This document shows positions 38,317 to 47,295 of a DNA stretch of 64,000 nt, in pieces. Within the stretch, counting starts at the first letter, position 1. Each line of letters starts with the position of its first letter. The stretch comes from Minisyncoccota bacterium (GTDB taxonomy: Bacteria > Patescibacteriota > Minisyncoccia > Phycocordibacterales > Zambryskibacteraceae), in the NCBI GenBank assembly GCA_036517475.1, contig DATDVZ010000006.1, forward strand, positions 8,226 to 72,225, given 5' to 3'. Position numbers and translations under genes: made by a program. Under the pieces are notes generated by a model. The model saw only the letters and a program-made list of their open reading frames with translations. It was not told where the DNA came from and searched no databases.

Positions 38317-38778
38317 AGGTATTAACCCCTATTTCGACGTCAGTTGGATAAAATGAATATCTAAGATTTTCATCTTACCTCCCGCTCGTCAAATAGAGAA
38401 TTCAACGTCAGAGGTTGTGAATATTTAACCTCAGATGTTTAATTTTATTAGCGACGTAGAGTGAAAAAGCGAAAACATGGAGCTTTTGCAAGGTCGGAGC
38501 ACAACGGTGCGAGACAGGATCGAAAGATTTTTCAGTAGAAAAATACTTTTGATAGTGAAATGAAAAAGTTTACTTTTTTACTTCCGAGCCGAGGTGAGGA
38601 AGTGAATACATGGAGCTTCCGCAAGACTTTGAGCTCCGATACTATCGGAGCGAAAAGTGTACAGTTCATGTAATGAAATAATATAGTCCGATACTGCGCG
38701 GTTTGCAGCGCGAAATAGATAAGCGAAGCGAGTTCCGTAATTACCTCGGGGTTTGCCCCAAGGGACTATATTTGTTGA

Positions 38779-39315
38779 TTATTTAAATCTAATTGGTAAT
38801 CGCAGACTGTCATCGTTTTCTGGGAGGCCAGATGGATTGTCTTTGTGCAAAATAAGAGTGCCGGTTGACGTAGTAGGAATAGAAAAAGTTAAAGTGCCGG
38901 AAAATGGGACAAATTCTGTTGTCATCCATTCGCCTTGCGCCTGAATAGGGAGAATAACTAATCTTGTTCCATTGGCATCTATTATTTCAGCAGGAAATGA
39001 TGCTTCAAAGTACCAATTACCCCGAGCTCTGCCAGTAATCCCCAAGGGACTTGCCACAATATCATTTGGCCGAGGAATATCAAGTTGGATCAAATTGCTT
39101 TTTTCAATAGCATTTCCAATATCTTCAGTAAAGGTCTTACCATCCTTTGTCCGGCATTGCCTTGGGTATGATTCCATAACAAGATTCCCAGCCAAAACAC
39201 ATTCTTCAAAATTTGAAACATCTTCAATTTTTTTTGAAGAACCAAAACCAATTATAAGAACAATAATAATAAAGCCAAGAACCAAAATTACATTTTTTAA
39301 TTGTTTATTTTCCAT
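38779..39315 (-). CDS. Hypothetical secreted protein (178 aa)
   Basis: N-terminal signal anchor. A heptanucleotide repeat tract lies directly upstream of its start. Confidence 0.5.
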   Translation of the reverse strand: MENKQLKNVILVLGFIIIVLIIGFGSSKKIEDVSNFEECVLAGNLVMESYPRQCRTKDGKTFTEDIGNAIEKSNLIQLDIPRPNDIVASPLGITGRARGNWYFEASFPAEIIDANGTRLVILPIQAQGEWMTTEFVPFSGTLTFSIPTTSTGTLILHKDNPSGLPENDDSLRLPIRFK

Positions 39316-39316
39316 A

Positions 39317-39378
39317 GTTGTTTGTAGTCAGTTGTTAGTTGTCAGTTGTTAGTTGTTAGTTGTTAGTTGTTAGTTATT
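39317..39378. repeat. Heptanucleotide tandem repeat (AGTTGTT)n, about 9 units with 4 perfect, in the 5' leader of gene 38779-39315
   Basis: agttgtt repeated perfectly from 39344 to 39371, with degenerate units on both sides. It ends 2 nt before the minus-strand start codon. Confidence 0.8.
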
Positions 39379-39380
39379 GC

Positions 39381-40520
39381 TTATCTCGTTTCTATGAATT
39401 TATCATAAAGAACTCTGTAGATTCCGCCGAGAGCCACAAGAAGCAACCCATATTTTAGAATTGGGCCAATATAAGGAATGTAGCTAAAAATAATTGTAAT
39501 AATTACTCCGATAATGATCGTTTTCCAGTTTACAACAATGGCCTCATCTATTTTAAATAAGTGGTACAAAAGAGAACCTGTAACCACGGGTGCGTAAACA
39601 TAGGCAAATACTAGAACTAGAGTATATAGAGCAATACCCAAAAGCCCAAACGGAATGCCAATAAAAGTCAAAAATACAAGAACTATTAGGATGGGAACAG
39701 CGATAACAAAAATAAATCCACGCAAAAGAGAATGCCAGAAATGATGAATTGATTGGGATACGAATCGTGTAGAAATATTTCGGAAGAACCCGTGCAAAAT
39801 AAGAGCAGAAAGAAGAAGTATTGCAAAGTGAATAAGTCCCCAAGTACCCCAGACTGTGGGAAGGATTTTTTCTAATCGCGATTGCGCTTTAATCGGTTTT
39901 ACTATTATCTCCCCTCCGATTTGGGCACCTTCTTGAATTTGCGGGCTATTGCGGGAAGAATAGGAAAAATTTCCACTAATTTGTGCCTGTGGCCCGAGCA
40001 CAATATTGTTTGCTGTTATATCCGCATCTTGACCGATTTCAGCGTTTATATAAACATGGCCGCCGCCGATTTTTACTTTACCCGAAACAGCGCCATTTAT
40101 TACAACTCTTCCAGACTGTGCAATAAAGTCTCTACCGATTTTTGCTTCCGGTAAAATCTGGATTTCCTGCGCAAGAACTACCAAGTCTTTCCCGGTCTCG
40201 CCGCCAAAATAAGTTTTAGCTCCGATCAAACGCAAATCGCCTTTAATTTTGCTAAAAACATTTGCGTTGGCTCCAATTATAAATGCATCCTCTGAAACAG
40301 ATCCTGATGAAAAAACATTCAAACCGAGAGTTATTAAATCTCCCATGACTTCTCCTGAGATTGCAGAGTTATTTCCAAATGCGTAAAAATCATCATTGAC
40401 AACAGTCTCTTTCTGTAAAGACACGTTCTTGGCCACACTGATTTCACCGGCAAATATAAAAGCCGGTGCCAAAAAAAACATAACTAAAAGCAAAAGTGGA
40501 GCTCTGTAAGACTTAATCAT
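39381..40520 (-). CDS. Bactofilin-like (polymer-forming, beta-helical) domain fused to a C-terminal multi-TM region
   Basis: Repetitive beta-helix segment (ISGEVMGDL...VINGAVSGKVKIGGGHVYINAEIGQDADI) followed by about 5 TM helices. 379 aa. Confidence 0.5.
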   Translation of the reverse strand: MIKSYRAPLLLLVMFFLAPAFIFAGEISVAKNVSLQKETVVNDDFYAFGNNSAISGEVMGDLITLGLNVFSSGSVSEDAFIIGANANVFSKIKGDLRLIGAKTYFGGETGKDLVVLAQEIQILPEAKIGRDFIAQSGRVVINGAVSGKVKIGGGHVYINAEIGQDADITANNIVLGPQAQISGNFSYSSRNSPQIQEGAQIGGEIIVKPIKAQSRLEKILPTVWGTWGLIHFAILLLSALILHGFFRNISTRFVSQSIHHFWHSLLRGFIFVIAVPILIVLVFLTFIGIPFGLLGIALYTLVLVFAYVYAPVVTGSLLYHLFKIDEAIVVNWKTIIIGVIITIIFSYIPYIGPILKYGLLLVALGGIYRVLYDKFIETR

Positions 40521-40568
40521 TTTTTTATATACTCATATAATACTTATATTATTAATTCAAACAATGAT

Positions 40569-40925
40569 ATGGAAATATTAGAAATTTTGGGCAGATTGAT
40601 CTTTGGCGGATTCTTTTTCTTCTCGGGGTTAGAGCATTTCAGAAATCTTGACGGCATGCAAGCGTATGCTAAATCAAAAGGAGTCCCATCTTCCAAGTGG
40701 GCAATCATTCTAACTGGTGCCTTGATAGTAATTGGGGGCTTGGGGGTTGCTTTCAATATTTATACAAGTTTATCAGCTAAACTCATAGCAATTTTTCTTG
40801 CTCTCATTACACCCCAAATGCATGCATACTGGAAAGAGAGTGATCCGCAAAGAAAAGCTTCTGAAAAAATAAACTTTTGGAAAAATATCGCCCTTTTGGG
40901 AGCCGCCCTTATAGTTTCTTTTTAA
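40569..40925 (+). CDS. DoxX-family membrane protein
   Basis: 118 aa, 3-4 TM helices, DoxX-like pattern. Confidence 0.6.
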   Translation: MEILEILGRLIFGGFFFFSGLEHFRNLDGMQAYAKSKGVPSSKWAIILTGALIVIGGLGVAFNIYTSLSAKLIAIFLALITPQMHAYWKESDPQRKASEKINFWKNIALLGAALIVSF

Positions 40926-41022
40926 ATTTACAAGGTATTGACAAATATTTATATTAGTATATACTATTAGCAAATAGTTACTCCCCTGCAAGACAAACTC
41001 CCGACCTGAAAGGTGGTGAAAA

Positions 41023-41178
41023 GTGAGTTTTTTGGCGAAGCGCGAGAAAGGCCTGCTCAAGCAGGTTGGCCTCATCATGTTCGGCGGCGGCCTCAATGCC
41101 CGCCACTGGATCGACGAGGCCAAGAAGGCTGGCTACTACGTCCTCATCTGCGACGGCCGAGCGGAGCTCTATCGTTAG
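41023..41178 (+). CDS. Small GC-rich ORF (51 aa, GTG start); possibly a fragment of a foreign gene
   Basis: GGTGGTG SD 4 nt before GTG. Translation VSFLAKREKGLLKQVGLIMFGGGLNARHWIDEAKKAGYYVLICDGRAELYR is protein-like. The overlapping track ORFs are Arg/Pro-rich wrong-frame artefacts. A strong terminator follows. Confidence 0.3.
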   Translation: MSFLAKREKGLLKQVGLIMFGGGLNARHWIDEAKKAGYYVLICDGRAELYR

Positions 41179-41244
41179 CCCGCTCCAAACTCTGAGGAGC
41201 CTGAAAGGAGACTGAAATGACTGGCTTCCTGTAACTACGTGTAA

Positions 41245-41291
41245 AAGACCGCCCATGTCCGTTGAAAACGGAATGGAGCGGTCTTTTTTTT
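41245..41291 (+). terminator. Strong intrinsic terminator
   Basis: Stem aagaccgc/gcggtctt enclosing an inner hairpin tccgtt-gaaa-aacgga, followed by TTTTTTTT. Confidence 0.65.
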
Positions 41292-41293
41292 AA

Positions 41294-41731
41294 CTATCTT
41301 CTGCCGTCTAAACCGAGGTAATTGCCGGCCTGGCCGGCAATCAATGTCAGCAGTGCTGTGATGTAGATAATGTGCTCGTCAATTATATAAGCATGCTCGC
41401 CTGCCAGAGGAAAATTAAGTGACGGAAAATAATATAGAGCCATAAAAACAATGCCGGCAATAGATGCGTATCGAACCCAAAAACCTAATATTAAAAGCAC
41501 GCCCACAACAAGAAGTCCCCATTCATTTATGAAATTGACCCAGCCAATATTGGCGGGCAGAGCAAACCATGCGTAAAGTGATTTGAAAGTTTGGGCTCCT
41601 TTGAGAAAACCTGCGGCAGTCCACTCTGGATTTAAAATTTTTGAAAGACCTGCGTAGGCAAAATAAAAACCGAGTGATAATCTAAGAAGTAAAAGTGAAT
41701 ATTTCATGGGGTTATTTTGATTGGCAACCAA
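41294..41731 (-). CDS. DoxX-family membrane protein
   Basis: 145 aa, 4 TM helices. Confidence 0.6.
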   Translation of the reverse strand: MVANQNNPMKYSLLLLRLSLGFYFAYAGLSKILNPEWTAAGFLKGAQTFKSLYAWFALPANIGWVNFINEWGLLVVGVLLILGFWVRYASIAGIVFMALYYFPSLNFPLAGEHAYIIDEHIIYITALLTLIAGQAGNYLGLDGRR

Positions 41732-41902
41732 TAATTATTAATTATAACTTTTATGCCATTCAACTTATCCACCTTTAAAATTGTTCTTAAAAACTTAAGT
41801 ATTTATAATTTTTCAGTGAATTTTTCAAACATGGATTTAACATGTTATTTACAAAGGGTGGATTTTATGATATTGAGTAAATAGAAAACTAAGGGGGTAT
41901 CT

Positions 41903-42739
41903 GTGACAAATTTACATCGCCTGCCGATAACTTGGCAATTTAAGGACAGTATACAAGGTAAACAAGCATTTGACAGAGCAATTAATGAAGAAATTGACGG
42001 TTTTGTCTTGAACAATGAAGATCCATCTGTAATCCGCAATCTTTTGGGATTAATCTTTAACAGCAGTAGCCGAAGTCTGCATTTCATTTCCAAGCCGGAA
42101 AAAGTACTTGCTATTGCAAGCGGAGGAGACTGCCTGCTTTTAGGGATTCTGCCCTATGTTGCCAATGTTGTGGCAGTTGATCTCGGTTACGCATCAATTG
42201 CCGCAACGGCAGTGAAAGCGGCTCTTCTTAGAAGATACCAGACAACTTACATCAAGCAGCAGATTCTCAAACTGTGGCAAGATTTCAGAGAAGCAGTTGA
42301 CGAAGAGCTCATTGAGGCAGTGCCTCAGGAAATCCGCGCTAGAGGATTTGACTCATACAACTCCATCTTCACTTCATATAGTGAAGAAAGAGTCTATAGC
42401 GACTTTGATGGGATAAAGATAGTTTGGTGCTCTACTCCCGACTGGGTGTATGAGAAAGCAAGGATGAATCTTGGAGGACTGCAACTTGAACATGGCTCTC
42501 TCAATAGCCAGAGAGTAGCTGTTGATCTAGTATATGCATCAAACATCTGCGATCTGCGATGGACGGGAAGATTGAGATTTCCTTTTATGCCTTTGCAGTT
42601 ATTGAGGAATCTGCGATATGGGGGATACCTTCTTGTTTCAAATCCCATCTCACCTATCCGACGATTTGGAACGGAATTAGTAGCCCAACTGCCGGACAAC
42701 GGCTGTTGGACTTACGCACTATATAAGAAAGTGAGATGA
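41903..42739 (+). CDS. Class I SAM-dependent methyltransferase-like protein (BtaA/DUF3419-like); paralog of 59510-60400
   Basis: VLAIASGGDCLLLG (motif I-like) and VVAVDLG (motif II-like). 278 aa, GTG start. Confidence 0.45.
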   Translation: MTNLHRLPITWQFKDSIQGKQAFDRAINEEIDGFVLNNEDPSVIRNLLGLIFNSSSRSLHFISKPEKVLAIASGGDCLLLGILPYVANVVAVDLGYASIAATAVKAALLRRYQTTYIKQQILKLWQDFREAVDEELIEAVPQEIRARGFDSYNSIFTSYSEERVYSDFDGIKIVWCSTPDWVYEKARMNLGGLQLEHGSLNSQRVAVDLVYASNICDLRWTGRLRFPFMPLQLLRNLRYGGYLLVSNPISPIRRFGTELVAQLPDNGCWTYALYKKVR

Positions 42740-42793
42740 GACGACAAAGGCTCCGAATATTGGAGCCTTTTAATTTAATAGACTATCTACACA

Positions 42794-42835
42794 AACATTC
42801 CAACATTCTGCAGAATGTTGGAATGTTTTTTCTTG
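42794..42835 (+). terminator. 34-bp perfect palindrome (copy 2) plus T-tract; terminator between convergent genes
   Basis: aacattccaacattctg|cagaatgttggaatgtt followed by TTTTTTCTTG. The core aacattctgcagaatgtt is identical to copy 1 at 219-252. Confidence 0.6.
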
Positions 42836-42856
42836 ATTTTGAAAAATTTTAAAAGA

Positions 42857-44179
42857 TTAAAGTGAAGAAGCTTGGAGAACTTTTTCAGGGTGCAACCCTG
42901 AAGGATCGGCATGACCGACACCAAGTGCTTCTCCTGCAGCCATCAGGCCGTCACGAATTGCGCTCCAAGTTGAGCCCGGATGAGATTTGATAAAGAGAGC
43001 GGCGGCACCGGCTACATGGGGTGTTGCCATACTTGTGCCGCTTATTGTTGCGAAGCCCCCACTTTTCCATGTTGAATAAATACTTACACCCGGAGCACCG
43101 ATATCTACTACAAAACCAAAGTTGCTGAACGTTGCAAATGTGTCATCTGGTCCGTAAGAAGTTGCGGGGCCACCGCCGCCCGCAATACCATTGGAATCAG
43201 CCAGAGCTGACACAGTAATCACAGCATCATCATATGCTGCCGGCACGAAACTAGATGCATTCGCTCCAGAATTTCCAGCCGCAACTACAAATGTAACTCC
43301 GGCATCGCGGGCTCGGCAGATTGCCTTGTGCAGGGCATCATTGTTGGAATTGCCACAATTGTTATCACTTAAACCTCCGCCACCCAAACTCATATTGGCA
43401 ACTTTGATTCCAAGGGTTGCGGCATTTGCGGTTACCCAATCAATTCCACAAATTACGCTTGACCATGTCCCCCCGCCGCTTTTATTTAAAACTTTAACTG
43501 CGAAAAGTTTTGCCTGCGGAGCAACTCCTACAACTCCTGAGCCATTATCCAAAGCTGCAATGGTACCGGCAACATGAGTCCCGTGACCATTGTCATCGTT
43601 TGCGTTTTTCTTTCCAAAAATACAGCTTTTATTCTGGCTTGCAATGTTTGTTTTGAGATCCGGATGAGTAAGATCAATACCTGTATCAATGACTGCAACT
43701 CCTACTCCTGCTCCCTTATTAGTTGTTGATTCTGCAAAAATTCTTGAAATCCCTGTGGGAGTTGTTTGTGATTGTATTATTATAGCTCCCCCTCCCCTTG
43801 CGTTGGATCTTGCATTTGACTCTGCTCTCGCTTCTTGCCTTGTCTCTCTGGCTTGGTCAATACTTACATAATGATCTTCGCTTATGAATTCAACTCTCGG
43901 GTCATTCTTGAGAGCTTCCAATTTGTCTTCACTCAATCTTGCTGAAAACCCCTTGATAGCTCTTGAGTACCTCATTTCAGCTTCAAAACCATGCCTTGAC
44001 CTCAATTCATCTGTAATGTTATCAGTATTTGTAACACTATTTTTAAAGACAATAATATACTGTTCGGGCACAATATCAGACCTACCTGATTGTGCATTTA
44101 CAGATGCGACTGCAAGCCCGCTAAACAATACCAAAAGCACAAAAGATATAATTTTTTTCATAAATGCACTATATCCCAA
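42857..44179 (-). CDS. Secreted subtilisin-like serine protease (S8) with an N-terminal I9 pro-peptide
   Basis: Catalytic triad motifs VAVIDTGID (Asp), HGTHVAGTIAA (His) and GTSMATPHVAGAAAL (Ser). Signal peptide present. 440 aa. Elevated GC. Confidence 0.85.
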   Translation of the reverse strand: MGYSAFMKKIISFVLLVLFSGLAVASVNAQSGRSDIVPEQYIIVFKNSVTNTDNITDELRSRHGFEAEMRYSRAIKGFSARLSEDKLEALKNDPRVEFISEDHYVSIDQARETRQEARAESNARSNARGGGAIIIQSQTTPTGISRIFAESTTNKGAGVGVAVIDTGIDLTHPDLKTNIASQNKSCIFGKKNANDDNGHGTHVAGTIAALDNGSGVVGVAPQAKLFAVKVLNKSGGGTWSSVICGIDWVTANAATLGIKVANMSLGGGGLSDNNCGNSNNDALHKAICRARDAGVTFVVAAGNSGANASSFVPAAYDDAVITVSALADSNGIAGGGGPATSYGPDDTFATFSNFGFVVDIGAPGVSIYSTWKSGGFATISGTSMATPHVAGAAALFIKSHPGSTWSAIRDGLMAAGEALGVGHADPSGLHPEKVLQASSL

Positions 44180-44198
44180 TGGTGTGTACTGTCAATAT

Positions 44199-44269
44199 CT
44201 GCGGAGCTTGGGATCGAACCAAGATTCACGCTTTCAGAGAGCGTTTGCCTACCATTAGCAGACTCCGCA
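44199..44269 (-). tRNA. tRNA-Gln (anticodon CUG), CCA not encoded
   Basis: Manually folded from the reverse complement. Acceptor UGCGGAG/CUCCGCA with the Gln-typical U1-A72, D-stem UGCU/GGCA, anticodon stem ACGCU/AGCGU with loop CUCUGAA, T arm CUUGG-UUCGAUC-CCAAG, discriminator G. Confidence 0.75.
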
Positions 44270-44429
44270 ATAACGGCAAAACTATACCAAATTGGCCATT
44301 CTTTTCAATTTTTTTTGAGCAAATATACATGGGAGGATAATTACCATGATTAAATAATTGACTTAAAATTTTATTTATGCAGGAATATAAAAAGATTGTT
44401 AATTAAAACTTGATAAAAAGGAGGAACGG

Positions 44430-46298
44430 ATGAAGACAAATTTTGGTTTTCTAACAGAAATGCGTTGGATTTTGTTTGAAAGAGTTCTGAAGACTATCGA
44501 AACTGCGCAAACAGGGCATATTGGAGCTTGTTGTTCAAGTCTTGATCTCATGACTGTTCTGTATTTCGGCGATATTCTACGTTATGACAGTGCCAACCCT
44601 CGTCATCCATTGCGTGATTATGTACTTAATCGCGGCCACCTTGGCCCCCTTAAGTACAACATCTTCAATCTGCTCGGCTGGATGGAACAAGAAGAAATGT
44701 CGCAATACCGCCAGTATGGATCACGTCTCGCTGGCCATGAGGACATGAAGCTTACTCCTGGAGTTGATATTACACCCAACGGCAGTCTTGGTATGACACT
44801 CTCGTATGCAGTCGGTGCAGCAATTGGCTGGCAAGATGCTGAAATGGAAAACAGGGTATTCTGTTTTCTGGGAGACGGAGAGGAACAAGAAGGAAATGTT
44901 TCGGAAGCTGCTAGACATGCAGCACATCTCGGTCTCAGAGGTATTATTGCAGTGATTGACCGTAATGGCGGTCAATTATCAACTCGTCTCCCAACAACAG
45001 ATAGCAGAGTGGATCTTCATAAACTTTGGGAGGGTTATGGCTGGCAAGTGATTGATTTGCAAGATGGTCATGACCTTATCCAAATACATGATGCATATAT
45101 CAGAGCATGTGAAGCTTGTGAAAATGGTCCGGTAGTTATCATAGCAAAAACAATCAAAGGAAATGGCATTCCTGGTTGCCAAGATGACTATTGCGGCTTC
45201 CATGTTTTTCATAATTCAGAACCTGGTGAAACAGTAAAAGTGATTGACTTAAATGGCGCTTTCAATTCAATCCCTCAAGAATACAAGGGTTTAGTAAATC
45301 CGGATCTGCCAGTAAAAAGGCTTCCGCCTTTTATTGGCGGAAGCAAAGATGCGACAATCAAGGTTAAAATAGCGAAAGACAAAGAAGTAACAATTCAATA
45401 TGATGTTGAACTCAATATTATATTGGAACTTGAACGACTGCTCGGAGATAGACTTTACGTTTTAACTTCAGACTATCCGCCCAGAGCTTTCGTCTATGGA
45501 AGCGGTAATGTGCTTCTGAAAACTTCTCATTATTACAATGTCGGGCTTCGAGAACAGCACATGACTGCAATGATCCAAGGTCTCTCTACTGTGAGAAACG
45601 ATGCTCTTGTCGTTGTCCTTTGTGGAGATGCTTTCATTTATCGTCACATGGACCAGATAAATATGCTCGCTCAAGCACATACGCGAGTAATATTCTATTC
45701 CGTCCAGGGTGGACTTTCTGGAGCAAAAAACGGTTCAACTCATGAATCTTCCGGTCAGTCAGGCGCTCTTGTCACTATGCCCGGAGTACTAGCTGAAGAA
45801 CCCTGTTCAGCCGAAGACCTCATAGAATCAACTAACCGAGCCTTGGCATTTCAAGGTCCAATATATATCCGCATGCAGAAACAGAATGTGCCTTGGAAAT
45901 TGGACGGCAGAAGGTGTGACGGTTTTGAAGTGTTGTCATATTCAAGTTCTGCTGTTGGTACGATCATCTCTGCGGGGATGATTACTCTTGAAACCATCAA
46001 GGCGCAAAGAATGTTGGTAAGAGAAGGTAAAATCTGGAATTTGATCAATGTAACCTGTCTTTCTAAGGTTTTATGGATCGGTGACCTGATACTTCCTGGG
46101 AAACCACTTCTTCTTTATTACAACGGTAACTCTAGGGTTCTTCTAGTTTCAATGGCTGAAGAACTTTTACGAGTAAATCCTCCTCCATCAAGTGTTGGGT
46201 GCCATGGTTTTGAATATGGAACCACTGGATCAATCCCTGAGCTCCTTAGACACTTCGAACTTGATGCGCTCTCTATAATGAGACGCTGTATCGCGTGA
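44430..46298 (+). CDS. Second, single-polypeptide transketolase-family enzyme (622 aa)
   Basis: TPP-binding GHIGACCSSLDLMTVLY and GDGEEQEGNVSEAARHAAHLGL...IAVIDRNG motifs, and a C-terminal transketolase-like domain. Strong AGGAGG SD. GC content is higher than that of the native split tkt. Confidence 0.65.
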   Translation: MKTNFGFLTEMRWILFERVLKTIETAQTGHIGACCSSLDLMTVLYFGDILRYDSANPRHPLRDYVLNRGHLGPLKYNIFNLLGWMEQEEMSQYRQYGSRLAGHEDMKLTPGVDITPNGSLGMTLSYAVGAAIGWQDAEMENRVFCFLGDGEEQEGNVSEAARHAAHLGLRGIIAVIDRNGGQLSTRLPTTDSRVDLHKLWEGYGWQVIDLQDGHDLIQIHDAYIRACEACENGPVVIIAKTIKGNGIPGCQDDYCGFHVFHNSEPGETVKVIDLNGAFNSIPQEYKGLVNPDLPVKRLPPFIGGSKDATIKVKIAKDKEVTIQYDVELNIILELERLLGDRLYVLTSDYPPRAFVYGSGNVLLKTSHYYNVGLREQHMTAMIQGLSTVRNDALVVVLCGDAFIYRHMDQINMLAQAHTRVIFYSVQGGLSGAKNGSTHESSGQSGALVTMPGVLAEEPCSAEDLIESTNRALAFQGPIYIRMQKQNVPWKLDGRRCDGFEVLSYSSSAVGTIISAGMITLETIKAQRMLVREGKIWNLINVTCLSKVLWIGDLILPGKPLLLYYNGNSRVLLVSMAEELLRVNPPPSSVGCHGFEYGTTGSIPELLRHFELDALSIMRRCIA

Positions 46299-46879
46299 GC
46301 AATCATCGCATTTGGGAAACCAAATGCGATTTTTTTAAAAGAAGTTATAATCATAAAATGAAATTACTACTCTTAAGCGGGAATTCGATTTCAAATAAAA
46401 AATGGATTGAAGAAGTTGGACAGATACTTAATCCACTATTTGATGAAATAAAGATTCATTACTATAAGCATTGGGAAACGGGTGAGGAGATTATTGATCT
46501 TGATTCGGAACTTTCAACCCTAACTGCAGAAATTAATGAATGGAAGGACTATATGATCTTCGCTAAGTCTGCCGGTTGTCTTTTAACATTAAAAGGAATT
46601 TATGAAAAAAAAATTCATCCACTGAAATGTGTGTTTGTCGGTGCAGCCATTGATTGGGGCAAAGAAAGGCAATTTTTAGTCGGAGATTGGTTAAAAAATT
46701 ATAATACTACGACTTTTTTTATTCAGAAGACCAATGATCCAGTTATTTCCTTTAAAAATTTAAAAAAAATACTGGAGGATTTAGATGTTAAAAATTATTC
46801 ACTGAAAGAAATTCCTGGAAACGACCACAATTATCTTGACCTTGAATTTTTACGGCAAGTCATAGAAAATTTTAAATAA
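46295..46879 (+). CDS. Alpha/beta-hydrolase-fold protein (the probable start is MKLLLL at 46358)
   Basis: Nucleophile-elbow-like AKSAG and overall alpha/beta-hydrolase pattern. About 174 aa. Confidence 0.45.
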   Translation: MSNHRIWETKCDFFKRSYNHKMKLLLLSGNSISNKKWIEEVGQILNPLFDEIKIHYYKHWETGEEIIDLDSELSTLTAEINEWKDYMIFAKSAGCLLTLKGIYEKKIHPLKCVFVGAAIDWGKERQFLVGDWLKNYNTTTFFIQKTNDPVISFKNLKKILEDLDVKNYSLKEIPGNDHNYLDLEFLRQVIENFK

Positions 46880-46911
46880 TTAATTCAATAATATTCACTT
46901 ATAATTAACTC

Positions 46912-47214
46912 ATGGAAAGCTACAACAAATTAGTAAGAGATGGAATTCCTCAAATTCTTGATGAAAAAGGTATTCCTTATGAGAGAAGAACCGCTACTCC
47001 TGAAGAATATCGACTGGAATTGATCAAAAAACTTCTTGAGGAAGCAGCCGAGTTAGCGACATCAGGAACACCAGAAGAACTAGCTGATGTTATTGAAGTA
47101 ATTGAGGCACTTAAGAAACTGCCGGAATTTGCTGAAGTGGAAGCGATAAGAGCAAGGAAGCTGCAAGAACGGGGCGGTTTTGAGGAAAGAATAATACTTA
47201 AGGGGGAAAAATGA
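46912..47214 (+). CDS. MazG-like all-alpha nucleoside-triphosphate pyrophosphohydrolase
   Basis: KLVRDGIPQI...EEAAELA...EELADVIEVIEAL matches the small MazG/HisE-type NTP-PPase pattern. 100 aa. Confidence 0.55.
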   Translation: MESYNKLVRDGIPQILDEKGIPYERRTATPEEYRLELIKKLLEEAAELATSGTPEELADVIEVIEALKKLPEFAEVEAIRARKLQERGGFEERIILKGEK

Positions 47215-47295
47215 TTAAAAAAAGATTGAAGAAAAATAGGTTTCATTCAATTTATATTAATCTTGTAGCTGAAACTACTTAGATATAATAGAGGG

